In this document: positions 48,200 to 60,970 of the stretch, in pieces
How the letters are laid out: each line of letters opens with the position of its first letter
Position numbering within the stretch: the first letter of the stretch is position 1
DNA from: Sphaerodactylus townsendi
Taxonomy: Eukaryota
NCBI RefSeq assembly: GCF_021028975.2
Contig: NC_059437.1
Location: forward strand, 34,968,001-35,032,000
DNA length: 64,000 nucleotides
Direction: 5' to 3'
The notes under the pieces: generated by a model
Database searches by the model: none
What the model saw: the letters and a program-made list of their open reading frames with translations, nothing else
What the model was told of the DNA's origin: nothing
Program-made: the position numbers and the translations under genes

Positions 48200-50279
48200 C
48201 TGGACTCCTATTTTTCCTTCCTATAAGAACACATGGAGAAGAAATTAAGAATTCTTGCACACATCAAGCTCCCGCTAGACTGAGCAGCAGTTCCTGCACA
48301 TTTATCCTGATTAGCCTGGTGCTATCGTATAATTGCCCCATTTTATTACGTGTATCTATAAAGAGAGTATCAATTTCTGTCAAGTTGCCGAAGGTATTTG
48401 AAGTGGCAGACAATTAAAACTGGTATGAACAATCATGAAAATCACATTTAAAAAGCATAATCAGTAAAAAGTAATCTTTACCTGGCACTGGAAATCTAGC
48501 ACACTTGCGGGCAGAGGGTTTAAAAATAAAGACTCCCACCACAGAATATAGCAAGTCTTTCAGCTATCCCAGTTCCAGACAATCAGGTTTTAAAAGTCAG
48601 CTAACACTAACTTAAGCCTAGAAGCAAATCAGTAGCCAAAGTAAATCTTTTTGCAACACTTTAAATATGTGTTCTATGATTCATATCAGATATTAAACTG
48701 GCTGTTGCCTCTTAAATTAGGGGAAGCTTCTCTGCTGTCTTTAGTGCCACCTCCACCTGAAGTGCATTGCAGTTAGTCTACCTTGGATGTGATTATAGCA
48801 TGGACAACTGATCAGATCTCTACAGTGAGGCTGTGAGGTTTGGGGCTAGTTGTGGCTGCAAGTGAAAAAAAAATGGTACCTGTCTTTGCTTGTGCTGGAG
48901 GAGGGATATTTTAGACAGTACTCATATAGTATGTAGGAGGGTGAAGACTTGCTCCACCACCAAAAGTGATTTCCAAGGTAACATACCAGGATCTGACCAT
49001 GTAACTTTGAGTCCTTGCAAAGGTGCAACTAGAGAGAATCAGAACAAATATTTTAATTTCTATCCTAATTAGTTACCATGGCAGTACTTCATATATACCA
49101 TAGGGGCTGAGTAGGTTAACTTCTTTCCCACCCTGTTTTCTTCCTCCCCCTTTAACAGAATTGGGATTATCTGTAATGTCCTAGTCCTGAGTCTGTCAAG
49201 TTACCTTTCCTCCACACAGACACAGGCATAGACATTCTTTAGATGAATAAAGTTGGGTTTGAAGGGTTCCTTTCTACTTTTTAATTTACAAATGATGATT
49301 TTTTTCCATACATGTGAAGTCCTCAAACAGGCAGAAATCTCCACCATACCTATGGGGCAGCCCTTTTTCATCTATTGATTAGATAGGGACCATTATATTC
49401 CCTTTTAGAAGAATTGCTTTGCTGAGTCAGAAGAGAGATCTATCCTGCTTAGGACACATAGACAGATAACAGACACTCGGAGAAAGATCTGGAGAGAGAA
49501 CATTTTCATTTGCAAACATATACTATTGAAGAGGCAACACAGAATTACCCTCCCACAGAATGTTTATTGATGGGGGTTTTTTTGCTTGATGTTATGATTA
49601 CTGATGTTTGGTATTATACTGTTGTTGTTCACCGCCCTGAGCCCTTCAGGGGAGGGCGGTATACAAATTGAATAATACAATACGATGTATTTTGCATGCT
49701 ATTGTGAACTAAAATTATTTTCCCTGCATTTCAGGGCAAGTCATACCAAGGTTCAGACTTTCCTAGTAATCAAAGACTTGGCTTGCATGCGATCCAGCTT
49801 TCCGGTTTCTAGCTAGCATGAACTATTTGGACAATACTCCAAAATGAGTTGCCCATTTTGTGGGAGATTTTCCACTTTAATTTACGAGTACCGTAATAGG
49901 CATGATCATTTTTTAATTTTGCATTTGTATCCCGTCATATCTCCAAGGACTCACAGGTGGCTCACAGTAAAACATACAAATAAATACAATAAATATCATA
50001 AATATTTAAAACAATGAAAACATCAAAATTACATAAATTTAAAAAGCCAAAACAACAGAAAGCATAAAACCCTCCAACATGGGCGCACAAAAAAACAGAT
50101 GCATGTGCCGTATCCAGTGAGGACCAGAGATGGTTTAAAAAGAAACGGAATGCCCGACTGGCTTGACAGAGAACAGCTCAGTTTTACAGGCCCTACAGAA
50201 CTGAGGCAGGCTCCGCAGGGCCCAAATTTCACCAGGAAGAGTGTTACACCAGACCAGAGACTGGGCCACAAAACTCTTG

Positions 50280-51380
50280 GGCCCCTTCCGCACACGCAAA
50301 ATAATGCATTTTCTTTTTTTTTTTTGATAATTTTTTATTGTATAGAGTATTCATACATTTGTTACATTTAATATTTTTCTTTCATCTATACATTTTTTCC
50401 ATTTTCACCCCCCTCCCCCCCTTCGCTTTATTAATTTTTTCATGCAAGCAGCAGGAGGTTCATTCTTCGTATTCTCTTATTCCATGGCTCTTCGTTAAAT
50501 CCGGCTTCTTCAATCCATTCTTTATACACTGTCCATATCTTCTTAATATCTTCTATTTTTTCTTTCCATAAAATATTTTTTGCCAGTCTTTCAAATATCT
50601 CTAGCTGTATTTGTTCCCATATATATTCCAACCATCTTGAAACTGTCCATTTTGTTTTATCTTTCCAGCCCAGCGCCAACACTGCGTGTGCTGCTCTAAT
50701 CATTATTTTATACATTGGTTCCAACCTTCTATTCACTCTAATGTCGTCTATTATCCCCACAATTAATAGTTCTTTATTTACATCAATTTTTACTTTTACC
50801 AGTAGTTCTATATATTTTAAAATGTTCTCCCAAAACTTTTTCACTTCTTTGCATTCTATCCACATATGTATATAATATGCTCCTTTTTCTCCACAATGCC
50901 AACACTTTGGGCTTAATCCTTTAATCATATAGGCTAGCTGTGTTGGGGTTCTGTACCATTTTAGTATAACCTTTCTTTCTAATTCCACGTATTTTTCAAT
51001 CTTTATCTTCTTCATACTATCCGTTATTCTTTCTATTTTTTCTTCATCTAAGAAATCATCTTTTTCCCATTTTTATATCAACGTTCTTATCATGAATTCT
51101 TTATCCTCTACTATATATTTGTATACTGCTCCTATAATCTTCCCTTTCATTGTTTCATAGAGTCTTAACCATTGATTCATTATACATTCACCTTTTATTC
51201 TATATTTCCTTAACTTTTCCCATAGTCCTCTTATTGCCAGCCAATTCTCTCTCCCGCAAAATAATGCATTTTCAAACCACTTTCACAACTGTTTGCAAGT
51301 GGATTTTGCTATTCCGCACAGCTTCAAAGAGCACTGAAAGCAGTTTGAAAGTGCATTATTCTGCATGTGCGGAATGAGCC
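50280..51380. mobile_element. Harbinger-type MITE split by an L1 insertion
   Basis: Left and right parts rejoin into a close copy of 46752-46892; flanks ttg/ctg. Confidence 0.85.
50314..51254 (-). mobile_element. 5'-truncated L1-clade retrotransposon (ORF2 C-terminus, 3'UTR, poly-A)
   Basis: CCHC knuckle CWHCGEKGAYYIHMWIEC; poly-T at 50314; 19-bp TSD cgcaaaataatgcattttc at 50295-50313 and 51255-51273. Confidence 0.92.
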
Positions 51381-51912
51381 CTGGTCTGTGTTGAAGCCAG
51401 CCGAACTGTCCTAAGGCCCGGGACCACTAACAACCCCCCCTCTGCAGACCAGAGGGACCTCTGAGGGCAATATGGGAAGAAGCGGTCACGCAGGTATATA
51501 CCAAATGTCAAGGCACTTGCGTTAAAAAGAAGAATCCTAACCAACTTGTGACTGCACTAAGCATCTGGCTGCTACCTGAAGAATCAGCAGGCCTCCATAA
51601 CCTACTTGCAGTATGGTTTGTTTTGTATCATGAGGTAACTTCTGACTTCCAAATTTTGAGTTATATTGAGATATTTTCAAATGTAATCAGGGAATCTTAG
51701 ACTTTTATTTCCCAAATTTCAAAATTCTGTGTGGGGCTACTATAGCCTCCTGAAGGACATACAGTTAACTGTTTAGAGGGATAGTTGGAGCCTTTTAGAG
51801 TTTTCTTATCATCAGAGTAAGATGGCCTGATAAAAAGCTAATTTCTAGCTGTTGTGGAAACAAGTGTTGAGTCTTGTAGGGCAATAGCTTTCAGCTTTTC
51901 CAGACCTGAGTC

Positions 51913-52103
51913 CAGTGGTGGGATCCAAAAATTTTAATAACAGGTTCCGATGGTGGTGGGATTAAACAGTGGCGCCGCCGCACACACGGACCTCCAGTCC
52001 CTATTGGGCAGGGAGGTTGCTTTAGTAACCCCTTCTCGGCACTCAGAAAAAATTAGTAACCACTTCTAGAGAAGTGGTGAGAACTGGTTGGATCCCACCT
52101 CTG
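51913..52103. mobile_element. hAT-type MITE
   Basis: TIRs cagtggtgggatcca/tggatcccacctctg; perfect TSD cctgagtc. Confidence 0.88.
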
Positions 52104-53939
52104 CCTGAGTCCCAATGTGTCAACATGCATGTGTCAGGAAGTCATGCAACACAAGAGCCACATGGCTGGAAAAAGGGGAGACAGTTACAACCTCTGGTTT
52201 TAAGGCCAGGCCTGGGGGCAGTGGAGCAAGAAAAGGGACTAGAAATACAAACTGAGCACTAGGAGTGAGTATGTAGTGAGTGACAAGTGACAGAGCTATG
52301 AAATTATTTTCACATTTTGTTGGCTCCACCTTTCTATCCTAGTTTTTGTCAGCAGGTACACAAAAAGAGGCACTAAAAAGCAACACAAAGGAGAGTTGTA
52401 CAGCGGCTTGGGACCTAGCAAATGGGCATCTTCATCCCATTTTGTAGGTCCCATTAGCAGGTTGAAGCCAACTGATTTCTTTTAAAAATTGCTATTTCAA
52501 GTGCACCTTTTCTCTGTGAGATACAAGGCAGATTATGTATGAATCAATGGAATCAATAGAACAGCTGTGTTTACAACATTTGTTCAGCTCAAGACCAGCC
52601 CCAAAATGTAGGGACCAGACTTGTTTTTGAGTCTTCTAGGCACCAGTAAAATTTCTAGGTCCAATAGCGACCCAGCACTAGGGTTTGTCAAGTCCTGCAA
52701 TAGCATTTGTCTAACCATGGCTTTTTTTGTGGTGGTACTCAGTAATACCAAATTATGGCACTTTTTGTGGGGAGCTCACCAACGTTATCTCAGTATAACC
52801 TTACATATGAATACCAGTACATTAAAAAATCTGTCTAGGATTGTAGATGATCTACGATTGCAGAAATTTGAAACAAAACTGTTGTCTGCACAAAGCATAC
52901 ATATTACACTTCTCCATTTTGAGAGAAAGAAAAACATGCCTCTTTGAGATTATTCCAGTTATCAGAGTGTTTTGAGCTAGAAGTCGCCTAGGAAGAGAAA
53001 CCTGGAAGATAAAAGAATTGATGGAAATAGAAGGTGGCCTGAGGGCAGGGGGGAACTAGGAGAGAGTTGATGTAGGGCTTGGAAAGAAGGCCAGGAGCTA
53101 GAGTAGTTAGCTAAGGTTCTAAGTCAGCAAAAATTTCAGCCTCCAGCAAAAATTTAGCCATTTTTAGCCCATCCTTCTTCCAAAAAACCCAGGGCAGCAG
53201 ACACTCCACTCTCCATTTTACCCTCACAACCATCCTATAAGACTGGGCCCCAGTCTGTTTACTGGATGGGTAAGGATTGGAACAGGGATTTCCAAGGTCC
53301 TAGTCCAACACTCTTAGCAACTAAGAGTCAGAATGCCCAGCCCAGTGATTCAATTAAGAGAAACTGCAAAGTGTGGACAAAACAACAAGCACAGGGAATC
53401 AAACAGAGTTACAGCAGGGGCAAGAGATAAGTGAATGAAATGCCTAGTTGTAACAGTACGAGGCTGCCCCCTTTCCATTAGATGTCTCAGTTTGTGGTAT
53501 AATCTGTCTGGAATTTCAGTGAGAAAGCTGGACTGTAAAATAATTAAATAACAGCCAAGGGGACAGAATGCTGAAGACACAGTTGTACCATGACAAGCAT
53601 CATCCATTTTAAGCGAAGAAAGGAAAACAACTGAATAAACAAACCTGAGGATAAAACCAGGGAGGGTTTTGAGGGAAATAACAAGAACCTATGCACTCCA
53701 AAGAAGAGGTGCCACTTATTCTATTTCAGTGTTAATAAGCGTGTGAAATACCACCTGTTTAAATATGAACATCACTCGTGCTGAGTAGATTTTTATTTCT
53801 TTGACAGTAATTGCTTCCGGCAACGAGAAAGCAGATTTAAAGGACAATTCAGCTAGCGCTGCCACTTGAGGATTTGATGTAAGGGGGTTTTGCCATCAGC
53901 ATATCTGGAATAAAAGGCCTCAACAAGCCATACATCATT

Positions 53940-53987
53940 CACACACACACGCACACGCACACGCACGCACGCACACACACACACACA
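53940..53987. repeat. Compound (CA)n/(CACG)n microsatellite
   Basis: cacacacacacgcacacgcacacgcacgcacgcacacacacacacaca. Confidence 0.9.
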
Positions 53988-54559
53988 GAAGCCTTGTGCT
54001 CTACGAGGCTACTGCAGAAGTAACCCCTTCCCAGGGGAATCAATGTATTCTGGGGCCTTAAGAAGATGTTAAGATACTGCATGGAGGAAGGGGGTTTGCT
54101 CATTGCTCACAATGGTTTTGCATTTTCTTTCATGTTCAACAAGGAATTCCTTGCCAAGCTTCAAGAAGTGGAAATTCTGCATGCAATTTAAGCATACCCT
54201 GTAGCCTGGTCAAAAATACACCCATAAAGAAAAGTGATGGGGGGGGGGGGGAAGAGAAAAAGAGCGCTCAACAATACTACCTGGGACAGCGATACAAAAG
54301 ATGTTAAAGGGGTGCTAGTGGGTCCAGCATTCACAATGATTTATTTTTCAGGTTAAAGAGCAGGTTATGTGCAAATCATTCCAAAAATACAAGCTGGAGA
54401 AAATATGGACGCAAACTTCGGAGACTTGTGGAACTCTCACGAAGGTAAGCCTGAGGCCCTAGCTGGTATTTGCATCCAACAGAGACTGGCTGAGCAAGGC
54501 CTTAACTCCACAGGACCTAAATCTGAGTCTTGATTTGGACTGTTCTGCTGAGCCCAGGC

Positions 54560-56054
54560 ACAGAATTTGTTATGGGGCGGGTGGGGGGCTGTCCTTCTGC
54601 AATCGGCGGGTCTAACAGCTGCTCCCTTTGCACACCATAGAGAAGCTCAAGCGGGTGGGGGTTCAATGTCGGGAGGGGTCCTCTGCATCAGTCAAGATTT
54701 CCCCCCCACCCCCAATTATTTCCTTTGCAAACCGGGGTTTCTTGTGTCTCATTCTGGCCAAAGCTCAGGGATCGATTTCCCTAAGCGGGAGGAGGGGGAG
54801 CTTTCTCTGAAGCTCTACAGGGGCAGAGTTCTTGAATTGCACCATCTGCATTTACCGGGGGGGGATTAAACTCTACCCCCCCTTCCAGGCTACAGATTAT
54901 TTTTGTGCATGTGTTGGGGGGGATATTTGCGAATCAATCCCACCCGCCACCCTAATCAGCCTGGGGCGGGGGCCTTTGCCGCTGCTTGCTCGGCATTGGC
55001 AGATCTGTGCTGGGGAGGAGGGGGAGGGCTACTGCAGCAGCCCCCAGCCCCCGTGGCCAGGAAGGGGGGTTGGTGCTGGCGTGGGGTGGGGGCCGGCCTG
55101 CCGCCTCTGGCTGCTTTTGCATTGGCGGATGCGGGGAGGGAGGGGGGCAGGAAGCGAGGGAGGGGGGAAGAGCTTCAGCGGTTCGAGAGAAAAAGGTGGG
55201 GGGGTCCTTTATCCATAGGGTGGGGGGCGCCGAAGCCAGAGAAGAGCGAGCAAAGTTTGCAGCGCGACAATCTGGGCGGCCCACCAGCGAAGGCCAAAGC
55301 GGCGAGCGGAGCCGCAAGGAAAGACCGAGAGCGAGAGATTTTTTTTCAACGGGGGGGGCTTCGTGCTAGCGGCCCCCCCTCCTCTCTTCCTCCCCCCCAG
55401 GGGTGAAAGTGCAAGAGGAAGTGCAGCCGCTGCCATCTTTCCTCCTCTCCAAACACACACACATACACACACACAGAGGGAGGGGGACGAACAGATAGAC
55501 AAGACAGAGCGCCGGCCGTCTCCGAAAACTTCCAGGCTTTCCACGGCGAAGAAAAGGAGCCGCCGCCGCTTCTTCCGACGCCAGCTGCCTTCCTCGTGCC
55601 GCCGCAGCGCCTCGTGGCGGCCGCAGAGAGCTTGCAAGGAAGCACCCCCCCCCTTCCCTCCGGCGGGGGCCTCGCCGTTGCTGCAATTGCTGGTCCGTGC
55701 GCGCGCGCCCCCACCCCCCTCCGCCCGAGCCTTTTGTTCCTCTCTCCCTCTTCCCTTCCGCCTTTTCGTTCCTCCTCGCCGCCTCGCGATCCCCGCGCGC
55801 CTTTGCAAAGCACAGCGTGGCGCGCTCGCGCACAGCGCCGTCGGGGCCTGGGGATTTTCGGCGAGGCGCGAGGCTGAGCGCGTGCGCCATTCCTCCTTGT
55901 CTCTTTTCTTTCCCCCGCCCCATCTCTCTCTGTCTTCAGGCGGGCGCGCGCACGGGCACCTCCGACGGGAGCGGCCGAGCGCCGGGACAGCGCGCCCCCT
56001 GCTGGCCGCAGCGGGGGAAGGCCAGCGGGCAGCTCGGGCCCGTCGCCAGCCTCG
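54560..56054 (+). promoter_or_regulatory. PATZ1 CpG island, promoter and long 5' leader (reverse CCAAT boxes near 54995 and 55121, YY1-like GCCATCTT 55432-55439)
   Basis: Very GC/CpG-rich block directly upstream of the PATZ1 ATG. Confidence 0.75.
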
Positions 56055-57403
56055 ATGGAGCGGGTGAGTGAGGCGGCCGCCGCTGCAGCCGCCGCCGCCG
56101 CCGCCGCTGCAGCCGCCAATTCCTGCGGCCCGTCGCCGTCGGGTTGCTACACGTACCAGGTGAGCCGCCACAGCGCCGACCTGCTGCACAGCCTCAACCA
56201 GCAGCGGAAGAACGGCGGGCGCTTTTGCGACGTGCTGCTGCGGGTCGGCGACGAGAGCTTTCCCGCACATCGGGCCGTGCTGGCCGCCTGCAGCGAGTAC
56301 TTCGAGTCTGTCTTCAGCGCCCAAGGGCTGAGCGGTGGGGCCGACGGAGGAGGCGCAGGGGGGCCCGGGGCACAGGACGGAGGCGCCGCCGAAGCGGCTG
56401 GGAGCGGCGGCGGCGCAGGGGGGGCCCCTGGGGTCGGCAGGGAGTTGGAGATGCATACCATCAGCTCCAAGGTGTTTGGGGACATCCTCGACTTTGCCTA
56501 TACTTCGCGCATCGTGGTGCGTCTGGAGAGCTTCCCCGAGCTCATGACCGCTGCCAAATTCCTCCTCATGCGTTCTGTCATTGATATCTGCCAAGAGGTC
56601 ATCAAACAGTCCAACGTGCAGATCTTAGTCCCACCAGCCGCTCGCCCCGACATCATGCTTTTCCGCCCCGGTGGTACCACGGATCTTGGTTTCCCCCTGG
56701 ACATGACCAATGGCACTGGACTTGCGCCCAATGGCAATGGGATCGCTGGGATGCCTGAAGATGAGGCCACCAGGGCTGCGCTCTCGGCAGCTGCCCAGTC
56801 GTCCTTGCCTGTCCTTCAGGGTGTAGACCGCCTGCCGATGGTCGCAGGCCCGCTATCCCCACCTCTGCTGGCTTCACCCTTCCAGAACGTCAGCCCTACT
56901 GCTCCCTCATTAAACAGCAAAAGGGGAAGAGGGCGGCCCCGCAAAGCCAACCTTTTGGACTCCATGATGTTCAGTGCTCCAGGGGGCTTGAGGGATGCTG
57001 GTATTCTTCCTTGTGGCCTCTGTGGGAAAGTATTCACAGATGCTAACCGACTACGGCAGCACGAGGCTCAGCATGGGGTAACCAGCTTACAGTTGGGCTA
57101 CATAGACATGGCACCACCAAGGCTCGGTGAAAACGGGGTGCCTGGTCTGGATGACCCCGAGGCACCCCGAAAGAGAAGCCGGACAAGAAAGCAGGTGGCT
57201 TGTGAGATCTGTGGGAAGATTTTTCGGGACGTGTATCATTTGAACAGACACAAGCTGTCACATTCTGGCGAGAAGCCTTACTCCTGTCCAGTGTGTGGGT
57301 TGCGGTTCAAGAGGAAAGACAGAATGTCCTATCATGTTCGGTCTCACGATGGGTCTGTGGGAAAGCCTTACATTTGTCAGAGCTGTGGAAAAGGTTTCTC
57401 TAG
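56055..57403 (+). CDS. PATZ1: PATZ1 exon 1: BTB/POZ domain, AT-hook (KRGRGRPRK) and first C2H2 zinc fingers
   Basis: GCYTYQVSRHS...NQQRKNGGRFCDVLLRVGDESFPAHRAVLAACS; CGLCGKVFTDANRLRQHEAQH; CEICGKIFRDVYHLNRHKLSH; donor TCTAG|gtaaga. Confidence 0.98.
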
Positions 57404-60400
57404 GTAAGAAGATAACTGGGGTTTTGAAAGTTGAAAGCCAACGATGCTCATTAGACCTCTTTTAACTTTTAGTGGCCAAGGTAACAATAGTCTGTTCCCC
57501 CTAAGACTTGCACAGAGGTCTGCCTCACTTCTCCACAGGCAGAAGTGGAACTTTAGAAAGAGCAGAAGGGCTGTTCTCTTCCAAGGCCACAGGCAAGGAG
57601 GAGCTTTGCGTCTCAGCTCAGGCAGCCAGTATTCCATAATGTCTATTGCATGTGGAAGGGAAGATGCATAACTCTAAGCACATGTGGTCTATGGCTCTCC
57701 GGCGAATATCTTTGCATTTGGAGGGCATGGCTCCTCTATAATTAAGTCATGCTTAGTGTAGCAAACCGTGGTGTATCTAGGCTATCACAGAGAAAGGGGC
57801 TCTTAACACCCTCATCTTATTAATGTGTATTTAGAAGTAAATTCAACTGTTTTTAAATACAGCTTGCTTCTAAGAAAGCATGCACAGAATTGCAGCCTTG
57901 TAGAGAGCAAGGCTCATTAAACTTCATGGAATTTGTTTCTGAGTAAATACATTTAGAACAGCACTGCAAGAAAACAACAATTTAATGGTCATGTAACAAG
58001 ACAGGCCGTATGCCTTTGCAAGGAGGAGAAGGAGGTTTCCTGATAGGTCAATAATCCACAAAGGAGGATGAGCTACTAGGTTCAGGAATTATTAAGTACA
58101 GGAGAGGCAGGATCTGGTTTGGAAAACAGCATGTTGGTCATAGTTTTTCTGGAGTACCAAAGGACTTGTGGGTTGCCCTGGTCCTGTAGCCATATCAAAC
58201 TGTTTGGAGTGTGTTTATTTGCTTCATTTGTATTCCATTTCACTCCCCAATAGTGACCAAAGTGGATTTCAACATTTCCATTATTTATCTTGACAATCGC
58301 CCTGTGAGTTCATATGACTGACCCAAGGTTACCCAGCAAACTTTTATGGGAGAGTGGGTGGGATCTGAGCCAGAGGCTTCTAGTTTCTAGATTGAAACTA
58401 ATTGCTAGACCCTATTGGCTCAACTAATGAGTCTTCTCATGAGGAGAACAGTTTGAAATTAACAGTCTTTTCCTCCAGCATTTTGCTTTTTTCAGAATTG
58501 ATTATCATGGGGGTGGGATTTCTTTTGTATTGCAGTACATAGCAATATGGAGTGAAACCTGAATTCTTTCCTGAGCTTTGTCAAACAGAACTTAGGGGTG
58601 GGGGGTCCTCTCTCCTTTGTCTCTCCCACGTATTACTGTTTTTTAATGTGGGGTTCTCTATCACTTTTGCGGTGATGCCCATATTAAAACAGGACTTCAA
58701 CCTGGCTTCCTTAACTACTGCTTTAGAAAATCAGGTTTGTTCACCAAATGTTTGTGGTACCTTTCACAAAGCCCCCTCAGTGTGGATCTCTCTCTGGGGG
58801 GCAGATACAAAGGATGAAACAAGTTCGTAATAGAGAGACATAAATGTAGAAATCCACCCTTAGTTTGCCTTTCAGTCCAGTGGGTTTCAACTGTTTCCTA
58901 CATTTGCTTATTTTATTATATGTTACACCAGGGTGTGTGTGTGTGTGCGCATCGGGTTTTGCAGGATTGGCCTGCAAAAGGCTATCCCGTAGATCTGTTT
59001 GAAGCCTTTCCAGATGGCCTTCCATGCTATCTCCAGTGCTCCTATGCTTTTGTGCTTGCACAAACTGACAGTTTTTTGCTCCCCCATTATTCTGACATTC
59101 ATATGTATATTTTAAAGAAGCAGGGCTGTGATGGCGCCCGCAGCCACCATGATGAGTAGGTGTGCCTCTTCCCTCACTGAAGGGAGGAACTGGCAGCTAC
59201 AGGTTAACTAAAGCATCTCTGGCATATACCCATGTTTAAATCCTGCATCCTGTCTGCCAAGACACGTGTGTTCTCATTTGTGCTTGGATTATACTGATGT
59301 AAATGTTGATAATCTGTCAACCTCCTATGAAAAAATGATTAACAGAGATTTTGTTCTGAAACTTTTCTCGCCAACTCCTGAGATGGCCATAGGAACCAAC
59401 AAAATTACTTAATTCTGAACTAGACCTTTGACCTGTCAGTGCACAGTTCACTTTATTCTGACTGGTAGCAGCTCGCTGAGGTCTTGAGCAGACTTCCTCA
59501 CCCTTGCTACTTCAGATCCTTCTAACCATCACTGACACATCAGCGTGCAAAGAGTGTGATCTGTCTCTAAGATGCCCCTTGTGAATCCAGAATTGAGGTT
59601 TCAGTGATCACTCACTATGAAGTTACTGCCTCTCTGTAATCTCACATTTATCTCTGTGAAGATGTTTCTGTTTTTGTTAAAGGTCAACATTCTTCTGTGC
59701 AAGCCCCAACGAGATTATAAATCACTGTTAACTTCAGGGCGGGTCCCTAGTCTTTAAAGTCCTTAATCTTTAAATAAAATGTTTGTATTTTACTTCCTCG
59801 ATTAATACAAAATATGGAAACATGCAGTACAACCCTAACGTTAGTTTCTTGGGAGTAAATCCCGCTGACTAGACCTGCTTGGGATGGCACTGTTAATATG
59901 ATTAAGTGAATCATGCAACTGGTAGAGTTTATGAAGGAATCTGGGAGGGGGGCTTTATATAATGGTCAGTTAAAGGCAGGATTGTCATACGACATTTTGC
60001 CATTCCAAGTTACTTCATATCGTGCACTGGGTCTGGATGACTGAAACCCCAAACCGTTCAAGGTTTCATGGCTTTCAAGGGAACATATTACCAAGGGTTC
60101 TTGGTATTGGTGTCTGCATTTGACACAAATGGGACTTCTGAGCAAGCATGGTTGATTGGACCATTACACTCCAGTCCTAGTAATATTTACTTGAAAGTAA
60201 TACATTCAAAATTGAGGCATTACAGATCAATCCCCAGCATACTTGCTTGGAAATAATCAATCTCAGTGGGTCAGTGAGGCAGCCTTTCAGTTCAAACCCT
60301 ATTAATACAGCCTTTTAAGCCTGAGACAAAGAAAGGACTTGTTTTCATTTTTCCCCCAAATGGAGAAAAAGCATTCTCATTTGTTGAAAGGAAGACTAAT

Positions 60401-60765
60401 AACAAAAACTAAGTGACAGCAAATCCTATTGCAGGTCCCATTCACTTAAGCATGACATATGCCCAACGGACTGTCTTGGAAAGAGTTTCTGAAATGTAGT
60501 CCAGCCAAAATTTTTACTGATTTGAGAAGGTAGAGCTGTCATCTTTTCCCTCTTTGCCTTTCAAGAGTGGTTTGACTGTTACAGGAGCTTGAATGTAGGA
60601 GTTAACAGGTAAGGGATGGCATGCTGATATCTTGAACCACAGGTCAGGATGTGTATACTGGGAACCTTCATCTATAGGTCTGTTATAAAAATGTGCTTTT
60701 TGCATGGCCAGGATTACTGATCTTTTAGTTTAAATGAGAGTTGCAGTATTTAGTTGGTTAGGTAG

Positions 60766-60970
60766 TGGCTATGGCTCTGGTAGAGGATCCTCCTTGCATC
60801 CAGAAGATCCCAGATTCAATTTTATCTCCTTCATCTCTAGTTTTAAAAAGAATTATAGAGTACATGATATGACAGATCTCCACCTACGGTGCTGCCAGTC
60901 AGAGTAAACATTATGGACCTTGACGGATTAGTGGTCAGACCTGGTATAGGGCAGTTTTGTATGTTCATGT
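60766..60970 (+). mobile_element. Old tRNA-derived SINE with CR1-type tail (Squam2-like)
   Basis: tggctctggtagag head, then gctgccagtcagagtaaac...ggtcagacctggtatagggcag tail. Confidence 0.5.

Larger units (their letters stand above)
49905..51530 (-). mobile_element. L2-type LINE 3' fragment split by a MITE
   Basis: YLRDRFFPYCPQRSLWSAEGGLLVVPG... resumes after the MITE as ...WCNTLPGEIWALRSLPQFCRACKTELF, typical of the L2 ORF2 C-terminus. Confidence 0.75.

Noticed and set aside
50440-51015. 191-aa ORF as a host gene
   Set aside because: It is a truncated L1 ORF2 C-terminus bounded by a TSD and poly-A.
53700-53930. Unique-looking block upstream of PATZ1, possible enhancer
   Set aside because: Cannot be supported without cross-species alignment or chromatin data.
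55209-56594. 461-aa antisense ORF and other long ORFs over the PATZ1 island
   Set aside because: The 461-aa ORF starts at TTG, not ATG. Stop codons are rare in very GC-rich DNA and opposite GC3-rich codons. The translations are low-complexity with no recognisable domain.
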